From Verrucomicrobiales bacterium (GTDB lineage: Bacteria > Verrucomicrobiota > Verrucomicrobiia > Verrucomicrobiales > V1-33): DNA of 45,086 nt. The DNA is taken from contig JANOAV010000066.1 in the NCBI GenBank assembly GCA_031411295.1, forward strand, positions 1-45,086, written 5' to 3'. The notes beneath the pieces were generated by a model. The model worked only from the letters and a program-made list of their open reading frames with translations. It searched no databases and was not told where the DNA came from. Positions 29,159-38,147 of this stretch are shown here, one piece after another. The translations under genes were made by a program, and so were the position numbers. Each line of letters opens with the position of its first letter. Positions within the stretch are counted from its first letter, which is position 1.

Positions 29159-30887
29159 CCCACCTGCTGCCGCAGTTGCTCCACCAGTTGGCGGCTGACG
29201 CGGACGTCCTTTTGCCACATCACATTGGTCGGATCCGTGGCAGCCAGTCTCTCACTGATGTCCAGGCTTTGCTCCATGAGGGCCAAGGCCTCCCGCCATT
29301 GATGTTGCGGCTGGTGGACTTTGGCGGCAATCAGGTAGCAACTGAGGAAAAGATCCCGCTGCCACTCGGCATTAGCGGGGTCGCTGCTGGCGAGGCGTTC
29401 GCGGATGACTTTGCTCTCGGAAAAGAATTGCATGGCCCTAGCCAGATATCCCTGCGCGACCGCCAGATCTCCCAATTTATTGAGCGAGACGGAGAAGTCC
29501 CTCTGCCACGCGGCATTGGCGGGGTCGCTGCTGGCGAGGCGTTCTCGGATGGCCATGCTCTCGGAATAGAACCGCAGGGCCCCGGCCAGATCCCCCTGCG
29601 CCACCGCCAGATTTCCCAATTTCCCCAGCGAGACGGAGAGATCCCGCTGACACTTGGCATTGGCGGGATCGCTGCTGGCGAGGCGTTCGCGGATGGACTT
29701 GCTCTGGGAAAAGAAACTCCTGGCCCCGGTCAGATCCCCCAGCACCACCGCCAGATGTCCCAATTTATTGAGCGAGACGGAGAGATCTCGCTGACACCTG
29801 GCATTGGCGGGGTCGCTGCTGGTGAGGCGTTCGCGGATGGACTTGCTCTGGGAAAAGAAACTCCTGGCCCCGTCCAGATCCCCTTGCGCCACCGCCAGAT
29901 CCCCCAATTTATTGAGCGAGACGGAGATATCCCGATGCCACTCGGCATTCGCGGGGTGACTGGAGGTCAGTTTAGTAAAGGTTGCTTGGCCACGGAGGTA
30001 TTCCTGAGAGGCGGTATCCGAGTTCCCTTGCGCCAGCGCCAAATCCCCCAAGCGGAGATGGGTCCAGGCAAGATCGTTCTGCCAGCGAAGATTCGTGGGA
30101 CAGCTTGCGACCAAGGCCTCCATAAGGGGCCCCGCTTGGGAGAAAAAGTCCTGGGCTAGGGTTAGGTCTCCATGTTTCGAGGTCAAGTTGCCCAGGAAAT
30201 GGAGGCACTGGGCTTCACCAGGTGTCTGGCCCAGCGAGCGGAAGAGCGACAAGCTTTCCTTTCCAGCACCTGCGCTTCTAGTTCCCCCAACCGGCTGCGA
30301 TCCGACCGAATGGAGGCCCGCCGCAGCAAGGCCCGAGCCCGGGCCGGAGGGGCCAAGGCTGGCAGCACTTCCTCCAGCATGGCGGCCAGGTCCAACTTGG
30401 CAGCCCAGAGGCCGCGGTTACCCCATTCCCGGTAGAGGTCTTCCAAGGCATCCACCCCAGATTCTGGCTGGGCGAGGAGGAAGTGGTAAAGGTGCTCGAT
30501 CTGCTGGCTGGGGGAGGCATTCTGGAATGGGAAGGCAGACGCGGCGCGTGCGGCCAAGGGGATCAACCGGTTTTCCGCCAGGAGCTTTTCCCGCAGGGCC
30601 AGCCGGGTCACTTCATGAACATTACTGGCCCCCGGCTGGGAGCGGAACGGTTCCACCACGGACAAGTCCCGCAGCCTGGCCGCCCAAGTCTCGGCAGCAG
30701 GAGCCAAGTCTGGGTCCAGAACCTGAGCTAAGATAGCCGCATCCCACCAGTGAGGGACAGCGGCGGCTTCCAGCGCCCGCAGTAGATCCGGATCTCCAGA
30801 GGTAACCTGTTCCACCACGCGCAAGGCCAAGCCACCCGGCTTAAGGGCGGCGGCTTCCAGTTCCGCGAGTCGTTGCTCAAGATTCAT
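29155..30887 (-). pseudogene. Helical/winged-helix-like + TPR protein, split by a one-base deletion near 30252 (real or sequencing error)
   Basis: Start MNLEQRL at 30887; AAAVPHWWDAAIL..LSVVEPF..NVHEVTRLALREKL. Adding one T (AAA GCT TTG) joins it to ORF 29155..30252 as ERKALSLFRSLG, ~577 aa, with 48-aa (144-bp) repeats DPANAxWQRDLSVSLNKLGDLAVAQGDL. Confidence 0.8.
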
Positions 30888-32113
30888 ACAATATTTCCTC
30901 CTGGACACATGCTACGAATCTCGAGCAGAACCGTCTCGCAGGTGATGCCGTGCTCAATCTGGCCCGCGCGCACTAGTCGGTCTCGCATGCTGACCACCCG
31001 GGTGAGGAAGTTGGTGATTTCCTCCGGCTTCCCTTGGAAACCCTGATCCATCGCATGAGAAATAATGGCAGATGGCTCCTTGAGCGCATCGCACTCCGCT
31101 TCCAACACTAAATGCGCCCAGCGCTTCCCTTGGTAGTTTGGCAAACTGCGCCCGGCCACGACGACGCGGAGGTTCGGGTAATTTACGGTATGACTCAAAA
31201 CGTAGTCGATCCAATGCCGATGTGTTTGTTCGGCATGTTCGTAGGCATCGAAAAACAAAACCGTAGGCCGATCCTGCCGCGCATCCAGCAATTCGTCCAG
31301 CTTGGCCTCGATATTCCCATTGCTGGGAGGATTCACACCCAGCGCCCGAGCCATTCTGCGAACGAATTCCTCGGGCTCGCTGGCTCCTTGTTTGAACTCC
31401 TCAAAGGCCTCGGATTTGGGACCGAGCAATTTCCGAGCATGACGTGAGAGCAGGGAGAGTAAGGTGCTTTTCCCCTGCTTCCCATGAACCTGAACCAGGA
31501 GAATCTGGTGGCAGGCGGAAGTGGTCAGCATTTGCTCAAAGTTCGTAAAGGCCGCAGTGCAATTCACGAAATTTTCCCGATCAACCGGGGTGACCGTGGA
31601 CTGGAAAGCCAGTGGAGCCGGACCGGCAGGGACGGTGGCGCTGGGCACACCGGGAAAGGGTGGCTCTGCTGCCGTATAGGCCAGCGTGGCAGTGACCGGG
31701 GTGATTCCTTTGAGGTGGTGTAGAATCGCAGCGTGGGCGTCGGCTTGGTTTAGGCCATAGAGTCGCTTCGTTAGTAAAGCCTGATGGATGTCGGGCACCT
31801 CAGATTCCTCCAATTCTAATGGGAGGAGGAATTGCTCCTTCCGGTCTGCCATGGCCTGTCGCCAATAGGTATCGAACTCCTCCGTGCATGCGCCCGATTT
31901 CCAGTAATCTTTGGAGTAAAGTGGGATGAGCCGTCGGCATTTCTCGCAAGCCTCCCGCATTTGGTCCGTCCAGGTAAGCCCGCCCTTGAACTCATTCATC
32001 ACAATGGTGGAGAACCCAGCCGAGCGCAGCACCCAGTTGATCCACAACGCCCAGTCGGTGCGCGTGCCTCGATAGCTTATAAAAAAATCAGTGTCTCCCT
32101 TGGGTTCGCTCAT
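30884..32113 (-). CDS. TIR (TIR_2-like) domain fused to a STAND-like P-loop ATPase
   Basis: DFFISYRGT..WALWI..L..AGF..SKDYWKSGACTEE; Pro-rich linker; VDRE; Walker A VHGKQGKST; Walker B VLFFDAYE; sensor RVVVAGR. Stop overlaps the next start (ATGA at 30884-30887). Confidence 0.85.
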   Translation of the reverse strand: MSEPKGDTDFFISYRGTRTDWALWINWVLRSAGFSTIVMNEFKGGLTWTDQMREACEKCRRLIPLYSKDYWKSGACTEEFDTYWRQAMADRKEQFLLPLELEESEVPDIHQALLTKRLYGLNQADAHAAILHHLKGITPVTATLAYTAAEPPFPGVPSATVPAGPAPLAFQSTVTPVDRENFVNCTAAFTNFEQMLTTSACHQILLVQVHGKQGKSTLLSLLSRHARKLLGPKSEAFEEFKQGASEPEEFVRRMARALGVNPPSNGNIEAKLDELLDARQDRPTVLFFDAYEHAEQTHRHWIDYVLSHTVNYPNLRVVVAGRSLPNYQGKRWAHLVLEAECDALKEPSAIISHAMDQGFQGKPEEITNFLTRVVSMRDRLVRAGQIEHGITCETVLLEIRSMCPGGNIV

Positions 32114-32122
32114 GCTGCCTGT

Positions 32123-32150
32123 TTGATAGAGGAAACGGAACCGATGTCAA
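32123..32150 (-). promoter_or_regulatory. Candidate sigma70 promoter for the TIR-ATPase operon
   Basis: Minus-strand TTGACA-16 bp-TATCAA, 9 nt before ATG 32113. Confidence 0.4.
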
Positions 32151-32191
32151 CCAGAGACAGGAACAGGAGCCCTCGCCTCCGGTCCATGGCT

Positions 32192-32242
32192 CCGAGCGAG
32201 GGCGCTCGGGCTACGCTTCAGGCGCGAGGGCGCGCCTGCTAC
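32192..32242 (-). repeat. Two tandem GTAG-type REP palindromes
   Basis: Minus strand GTAGCAGGCGCGCCCTCGCGCCT and GTAGCCCGAGCGCCCTCGCTCGG, 23 nt each. Confidence 0.75.
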
Positions 32243-32406
32243 CATCAGTGAAATTGTGATCCTGCCCTATCCAGATTCCGTATATCAATCAACCGTGATT
32301 GATGGAGTAGCCCAATCGCCCACGATGCCCCGCCGCGTGATGCGCCTGAAAATCACGCAGATGTAACGGCTCGGGTAGTGTGGATTTACTTGGCGGCTAA
32401 CTGCGC
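32243..32406 (+). repeat. Right copy of the direct repeat; contains an orphan 3' fragment of the metalloprotease gene
   Basis: Translates ISEIVILPYPDSVYQSTVIDGVAQSPTMPRRVMRLKITQM* (stop 32364-32366), matching the C-terminus of 18325..22275. Confidence 0.95.
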
Positions 32407-32925
32407 CTCGATGGCCTCAATTAATTTGGCGTCATCGGGCGCGGTGCCGGAGTCGTAGCGGGCAATGGCTTTGCCATCTTTGCCAATGAGAAATTTACCA
32501 AAGTTCCATTTCACATCGCCTGGCAGGACGGTGGTGAGTTCCTTGTAGAGTGGATGTTGTTCGTCACCCTTGACGTGGAGTTTGTCCATCAAGGGGAAGG
32601 TGACGTTGAACTTGCTGGAACAGAAAGTTTTGATTTCGTCGTTGGTGCCGGGTTCCTGACCACCGAAGTCGTTGCAGGGGAAACCGACGATGACGAGCCC
32701 CTTGGCTTTATACTTCTGATAGAGGGCTTCCAAGCCTTTGTATTGCTTGGTATAGCCGCACTTGCTGGCGACGTTGACGGCCAGCACAGTTTTGCCAGCG
32801 AAGGCTTTAAGCGAAGTGGCTTTGCCATCGATGTCCTTGAGCGGAATGCTTTGAAGTTTCGAATCTTCAGCTTGAAGTGGGATCATGAGACAGAGGGAGC
32901 AGAGGATGGTAAGAAGTTTTTTCAT
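32386..32925 (-). CDS. gpx: Glutathione peroxidase family protein with signal peptide
   Basis: GKTVLAVNVASKCG, GFPCNDFGGQEPG, KWNFGKFLI motifs. Confidence 0.95.
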   Translation of the reverse strand: MKKLLTILCSLCLMIPLQAEDSKLQSIPLKDIDGKATSLKAFAGKTVLAVNVASKCGYTKQYKGLEALYQKYKAKGLVIVGFPCNDFGGQEPGTNDEIKTFCSSKFNVTFPLMDKLHVKGDEQHPLYKELTTVLPGDVKWNFGKFLIGKDGKAIARYDSGTAPDDAKLIEAIEAQLAAK

Positions 32926-32981
32926 AGTAGAGGTAGGTTACGAGACCATTACGTCCAGGCAAGGGGCGTGGATGCGGAATC

Positions 32982-35279
32982 TTACGGAACCAACTCGCAC
33001 CGGAGCCGCACGAATTTCTTGCCGGGGTTGAGCGGAAGTCTGATGGTGAGATGGTCTGCAGTATTTTCAAAAATCGTGACGCTGGGATCTGGCGAGAGCC
33101 ATGCGCCAGATGGCGCGCTAGCCGTTTCTACGGCGTAAGTGATATCTGCTCCCGGACGCTTGGGATAGCGCAGTTGCAGGACATTGGCACTGGGCCGACT
33201 CTGGATGGGCTTGCTGCTGGAGGTGGCGCTGCGTGGATCCGTGTTGGCGGCGTATTCCAGCAAATTAGACTGCCCATCACCATCGGGGTCCTCGCCCCAG
33301 CCGCTGACCGCCGCATAGTTTTGCTCAATGGTTGTGAAATAGAGGTTCTTCCAATTCCCGTAATCCGTCTGTAGCGTGAGCAACACGGCGGCTCGGTTCG
33401 AGGTTTTGCCCGTGGCATCGTTGACGGTATAGAGTAACTGATCCGCCCCTCCTCCGAGGGCATAATTGCTGGTATAGGTGATCGTGCCGCTCGCGTTCTT
33501 CACGGCAGCGCCTTTACTGGGCTGGCTGTAAATGCTCACGGTGCTGGTGGCAAGATCTCCTTCCGTATCCGTGTCATTGGCCGTTACCGTGATGGTCGTG
33601 CTGGTGCCACGTAACAGAGTGGCGGTATCATTCACCGCGGTCGGCGGCCCGGGCAGGGCGGTATTGGAATACCTGAAAAAACGGGAGGCTGGGACGATCC
33701 CGCTCGCCCCCGGACCTGACCAGGAGATGTGGCAAAGGGCATCTCCCAAACTGTCGAAGTATTCGACATGAAAATCATACAGTTGCCCGGCCACCAAGTT
33801 CACCGCTCCGGATCGACTGACCCGCGTGGGATTGCTCACGATGGGGGTGGCGAAGAGGCCGTTATTATTGACCCAGAGACGGATCCCATCGTCGGAATCG
33901 GTCGTGAAAGTGTAAGTTCCGGTGCCCGGAGACTGAATTTTCCCATCCCATATCACAGCGAAGCCATCCGCATTGGTATTCGGAGCCGGGGAAGCCGTCC
34001 CCCAGTCAAAATCCACATTTGCGTCCGTCCGGGTGGTCCGCAGGGAGGCAAAATTATGATCATTAAAATACCTCCCTTGCAGCCCCGACGGCCCCTGCTG
34101 CTCGTAACCGGCCAGACTGTTGATCCATTCTGCCAACGTCAGCTGGCCAGCCACGTCACTGCGGGTTCTCCCTTGCGGTGGCATTTGATTGGCTCCCAGC
34201 AAATTGGTCCGATAATGAATCATCGAAGTGCTGACTGATCGAGGTCGGATCAGTCCCTGCCCCGCTATCCCATAATCCGTCACGGTGGGGGCATTAATGA
34301 TTCCTTGTGCCCCAACCACCGTGCTGAAACGAAGGTCGAACAAGCTCAAACCGGGCCGATGACAGTAGGCACAGTTCGCGTCGAGATAGGATCGCGCACG
34401 CTTCTCCAGCGTCTGCGTGAAATCGTTCACCGCAACGGTCTTTGGCAGGTTGGCGATGGTCGCCTCGGTCAGCGGGGTATTGAGAAATCCCAAACTGCTC
34501 AGCGTCCAGAGCTGGTTAGCGGTGCGCCCTGATTTGGGGTAGAGCAGATTTCCGTTGAGTTGGGCGGTGTGCCATCCCAGAATCGTCCCCACCGCGGAGG
34601 AATGACAAGTGAAACACTGGGAACGTGGTTGGTAGGTCCAAGTCTGATTTCGGGTCGTGGTGGTGCTCGTCGGGATCGAAAAAATCCGATTCACCGCAAT
34701 GGTTGCCGTGAGCAGGTCCGCTTCCGTCTCGTCGTCCCGCCAGCGATAGGTTAATCCATACCATGCGCTATTACTTCCATAGACCAGAATCTGCGTTTCC
34801 ACCTTCTTCGTCACGGCCGGCTGAAGATCATTGATGGGCAAATCGAAATGCTTCACGATCACCGTTCCCCGGGGGAAAACCCAATCTGCGTCGGTGGAGT
34901 TGGTCAGTTTCTCCGCCGCCGTATTGACGATTCCATCGTTGGGGAGAGCAATCCAGCGGCGGGAGAGCGCTCCGTCAGCCCACGGCGGATTCCCCAGTCC
35001 GTAGGGCATCAACCCAGTGTTGGGCGTGAGATTCGCCAAATTCGAGAAGAGAGTAGAGAGCGTCAGCGTGCTTGGGGCGTTGCTGATGGTGTTGATGGAG
35101 GCGGGAAACTTCCCATTAAAATAAGCCGCGACTGCTTCCGGGGCCGACAGGCCTGGAATAGTTGCGGCCGAGGCGGGGAGCTGGATCCCGCACCAGCCCA
35201 TAACCCATGCCAATCCCCACCCAAGCAAGCGACGAGCGCTCAGGCATGCAGGGGCACCATTCTGGCAGGAGGGGGACAT
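32982..35279 (-). CDS. Secreted diheme c-type (2 x CxxCH) + PA14 + Ig-like protein
   Basis: CFTCH and CAYCH; WADGALSRRW..FPRGTVIVKHF; PA14 GLQGRYF..VDFDWG..SDDGIRLWVN..VEYF; PTAVNDTAT..VTANDTD. Start uncertain (35279, 35291 or 35348). Confidence 0.8.
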   Translation of the reverse strand: MSPSCQNGAPACLSARRLLGWGLAWVMGWCGIQLPASAATIPGLSAPEAVAAYFNGKFPASINTISNAPSTLTLSTLFSNLANLTPNTGLMPYGLGNPPWADGALSRRWIALPNDGIVNTAAEKLTNSTDADWVFPRGTVIVKHFDLPINDLQPAVTKKVETQILVYGSNSAWYGLTYRWRDDETEADLLTATIAVNRIFSIPTSTTTTRNQTWTYQPRSQCFTCHSSAVGTILGWHTAQLNGNLLYPKSGRTANQLWTLSSLGFLNTPLTEATIANLPKTVAVNDFTQTLEKRARSYLDANCAYCHRPGLSLFDLRFSTVVGAQGIINAPTVTDYGIAGQGLIRPRSVSTSMIHYRTNLLGANQMPPQGRTRSDVAGQLTLAEWINSLAGYEQQGPSGLQGRYFNDHNFASLRTTRTDANVDFDWGTASPAPNTNADGFAVIWDGKIQSPGTGTYTFTTDSDDGIRLWVNNNGLFATPIVSNPTRVSRSGAVNLVAGQLYDFHVEYFDSLGDALCHISWSGPGASGIVPASRFFRYSNTALPGPPTAVNDTATLLRGTSTTITVTANDTDTEGDLATSTVSIYSQPSKGAAVKNASGTITYTSNYALGGGADQLLYTVNDATGKTSNRAAVLLTLQTDYGNWKNLYFTTIEQNYAAVSGWGEDPDGDGQSNLLEYAANTDPRSATSSSKPIQSRPSANVLQLRYPKRPGADITYAVETASAPSGAWLSPDPSVTIFENTADHLTIRLPLNPGKKFVRLRCELVP

Positions 35280-35631
35280 GGGGGGAAGCATAACCCGAAA
35301 AACGCTCCAATAGCAACCTTGGCGGCAGGCGAAATCGATTATTTCCATTCCCCTGACGCAGTTGCCAAATTTGCAAATTTGCAGGAAACTATAAAATTTC
35401 GCTATTCCTGAAGGTTAACTTGCGCTATATTCCCCAGCGGCAATCGACTGTTTTGTCACTATCCGCTGATTCTTTAACCCGTATAACCATAAAAAATAGA
35501 ATTTTCGCACCGAAATCGCACCCTCGCATGCATCGGTTGAGTTTCCTGTGGAAAATTTAGTGCTGGCCAGCGATGCGTTTTTAGTTTAAGAACCGTGCCT
35601 GTCACTCCAAATTTCGACCCCCATCTAATAT

Positions 35632-36165
35632 ATGAGCCGAATTCTCCCTTACCTACTTGCACCGCTGGTCGCGTTTTGCTTCAGCAGTTGTGCCTCTTCA
35701 GGCCAACCCGCCTACGCAGCTACGCCCGCTACCAGCAACGTGGAGATCCGGAAGGCTGGCAGCTGTGTTTATAAGGTCAAGACCACCGCTTACTGCCACA
35801 CGGAAAAGGACAGCCTGCGTTATGGCCGGGGCTCCGCTACCGGGAACACGCTGAAGTATGGCCAGGTCCGCAGTGCCGCCGCAGACTGGTCGGTCTTCCC
35901 CGTCGGGACTATTTTCCGCATCGTGGGAGAGAAAAACTTCTATCAGGTGGACGACTACGGTCGCGCCTTGGTGGGCACCAAAACCATCGATTTATATCGG
36001 CCGGACCAGAAGGAAATGGCCAATTGGGGCACGCGTAACGTAAACATCGAAGTGCTGCGCTGGGGTTCTTATACTAAGAGTCTGGATATTCTCGAAGAAC
36101 GTCAACGGCATCCCCATGTCAAGATGATGGTCTCCAACATCCGCAAGAAGACCCACAGTTCTTAG
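35632..36165 (+). CDS. 3D-domain lipoprotein (putative lytic transglycosylase-like)
   Basis: Lipobox FSSC; VKTTAY, SAAADWSVFPVGT, VDDYG.ALVG..TIDLY. Confidence 0.85.
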   Translation: MSRILPYLLAPLVAFCFSSCASSGQPAYAATPATSNVEIRKAGSCVYKVKTTAYCHTEKDSLRYGRGSATGNTLKYGQVRSAAADWSVFPVGTIFRIVGEKNFYQVDDYGRALVGTKTIDLYRPDQKEMANWGTRNVNIEVLRWGSYTKSLDILEERQRHPHVKMMVSNIRKKTHSS

Positions 36166-36209
36166 TCTCCCACCCAACCGGGCAACGGGGCGGTTGGAAT
36201 GAATGACCC

Positions 36210-36863
36210 ATGACAAAGCAGGCCCGGGCGCAGCGCATTGTGGAAGTGCTGGAGCAACACTATCCCACTACGCCCATCCCCTTGGATCATCGGGATCCTT
36301 TCACCCTGCTGATCGCAGTCCTGCTGTCGGCCCAGTGCACGGATGTCAGGGTGAATCAAGTTACCCCTGCCCTGTTTCGTCTGGCGTCCACTCCGGAAGC
36401 CATGGCTCAAGTCCCGGTCGAAAAAATCCAGGAAATCATTCGCCCTTGCGGATTATCCCCCCGTAAAGCCCAGGCCATCAACGAGTTGTCTCACATTTTA
36501 GTTGACCAGCACCACGGTCAGGTGCCGCAGAATTTCTCGGCACTGGAAGCCTTACCTGGCGTCGGCCATAAGACCGCCTCGGTCGTTATGGCTCAGGCAT
36601 TTGGCGTCCCGGCATTTCCGGTGGACACCCATATTCATCGCTTGGCCCAACGTTGGAAATTGACGGATGGCAAAAACGTCGAGCACACGGAGACTGACCT
36701 GAAGCGACTCTTCCCTCGCGAACTTTGGAACAAACTCCACCTCCAAATCATCTTCTACGGCCGGGAATTCTGCTCTGCCCGAGGCTGTGACGGCACCGTC
36801 TGCCCACTTTGCAGGGAACTTTTCCCCGAACGGAAACGAGCCGTGAAAAACCGTAAAGCGTGA
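36210..36863 (+). CDS. nth: Endonuclease III
   Basis: LLIAVLLSAQCTDVRVN, HhH LPGVGHKTA, VDTHIHR, C-terminal Cys cluster. Confidence 0.95.
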   Translation: MTKQARAQRIVEVLEQHYPTTPIPLDHRDPFTLLIAVLLSAQCTDVRVNQVTPALFRLASTPEAMAQVPVEKIQEIIRPCGLSPRKAQAINELSHILVDQHHGQVPQNFSALEALPGVGHKTASVVMAQAFGVPAFPVDTHIHRLAQRWKLTDGKNVEHTETDLKRLFPRELWNKLHLQIIFYGREFCSARGCDGTVCPLCRELFPERKRAVKNRKA

Positions 36864-36882
36864 TCCTCGCTGGCAGGCCCAC

Positions 36883-37974
36883 TTATTTCCGCCCCAACCC
36901 AAATTCGCTGCCCATTCCCACCACCTTACCATCCTTAAGGTGGACTTCGATAAATTTCGAGCTGCCCACGAGCTTGCCCGTCGCATCCTTCAACTCCGCC
37001 ACCCGCTGCCGCGTCTTGACATCGAATACCTCCGGAGTGTGGCAGTAGGCATATTTGCCATCCAAGCTGAAATTTACCCAGCCATGCCCACCCGTGCTCA
37101 GCGGCACGCTGGCAATCTCCTTCGGCGGCATCTGCGTGGCATCGAACACAAAGAGCTTTTTGCCCACCTGATCGCTGATCCACAGCTCTTTCTCGTCCGG
37201 CGTTAGCGCGGCCCCATGCGTCCGATGGGCAATCGGTTCCGCCCCTGCCATCACCCGGTGTAACACCTTGCCAGAAGCAATATCCACCACATCAAACCCC
37301 ACATGCAGCCCCAGGCAGACGTAGGCGTATTTGTTGGCGTGATCCACCGTGAATGGAAAGACTCCCGCCTCCCCTACCGGATCCACCGTGTGAATGACAC
37401 TGGCATCCTTGGCATCGAAGATCGTGAGCCGATTCTGCGTCCCCAAATAGAATCGCGTCCCGTCCACCGAGGTCAGGCTATTGTGAGCCATGGGCCCCAC
37501 GCCAATCCGACGCTTAAGGGTGCCATCCGCCGCATCAATCACCAGCAGCCCAGTCTCGCCCTTGGGATCCTTCCCCATCCACCACCCGGTGGGAGCGTAG
37601 ATCGTTTTCCCATCTGCTGAGATGCAAGATCGATCACACCCGGCCTCATAAGTCTGCTCCCAGACCACTTTTTCAGATTCCAAATCAAAGCACCCCATCC
37701 TCCGGGAAGTCGAACCGAAATACAATCGCTTCGTGACCGCACTCCCCGTGAGTCCGCGAATTCCTTCACTGAAGCTAGGCACCTCGATCTTGCGCACGAA
37801 ACGATGCCCGTCATCAATCGAGAACACCAGCAACCCCGTGCCAGCCTTACTCTCAGGCTGCGCTCCATCAGGCGTGGCAACATACAGAAACCGCCCAGTC
37901 TCGCCAGCCACCAAGCCGCACCCCCACCCCATCGAGCCCAAACCCACCGCCAGCAGAAGTTTAAATTTTGTCAT
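36883..37974 (-). CDS. Secreted YncE/YVTN-like beta-propeller protein
   Basis: Signal-like N-terminus; ISADGKTIY, SVDGTRFY, LTPDEKELW, FSLDGKYAY blades. Confidence 0.75.
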   Translation of the reverse strand: MTKFKLLLAVGLGSMGWGCGLVAGETGRFLYVATPDGAQPESKAGTGLLVFSIDDGHRFVRKIEVPSFSEGIRGLTGSAVTKRLYFGSTSRRMGCFDLESEKVVWEQTYEAGCDRSCISADGKTIYAPTGWWMGKDPKGETGLLVIDAADGTLKRRIGVGPMAHNSLTSVDGTRFYLGTQNRLTIFDAKDASVIHTVDPVGEAGVFPFTVDHANKYAYVCLGLHVGFDVVDIASGKVLHRVMAGAEPIAHRTHGAALTPDEKELWISDQVGKKLFVFDATQMPPKEIASVPLSTGGHGWVNFSLDGKYAYCHTPEVFDVKTRQRVAELKDATGKLVGSSKFIEVHLKDGKVVGMGSEFGLGRK

Positions 37975-38109
37975 AAGGCCATCTAACCCGTTCCAGATCA
38001 GACTGTCAGCCGCGTAAATGCGGAAATAAGCGCCCCTCCCTGGTCTAAACTCGTGCGTGGGCTAAGCTGGCATCGTTAGTCTCGAATCAGAGCATTCCCC
38101 GGCCTCGCA

Positions 38110-38137
38110 TTGACAAACTTCACCATCCTCGTAATTT
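38110..38137 (+). promoter_or_regulatory. Candidate sigma70 promoter
   Basis: TTGACA-16 bp-TAATTT, 10 nt before ATG 38148. Confidence 0.35.
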
Positions 38138-38147
38138 TTGTTCATTA

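Larger units (their letters stand above)
22152..32406. mobile_element. ~10.1-kb genomic island without integrase or transposase
   Basis: Bounded by direct repeats that duplicate the 3' ends of the convergent metalloprotease and glutathione peroxidase genes; cargo is TIR/DUF4062/TPR genes. Confidence 0.75.

Noticed and set aside
23600..30100. TPR near-duplicates as DGR template/variable repeats
   Set aside because: No reverse transcriptase in the window, differences are not adenine-specific, and all copies are in-frame coding tandem units.
29059..30159. 366-aa plus-strand repeat ORF
   Set aside because: Antisense shadow of the minus-strand TPR repeats.
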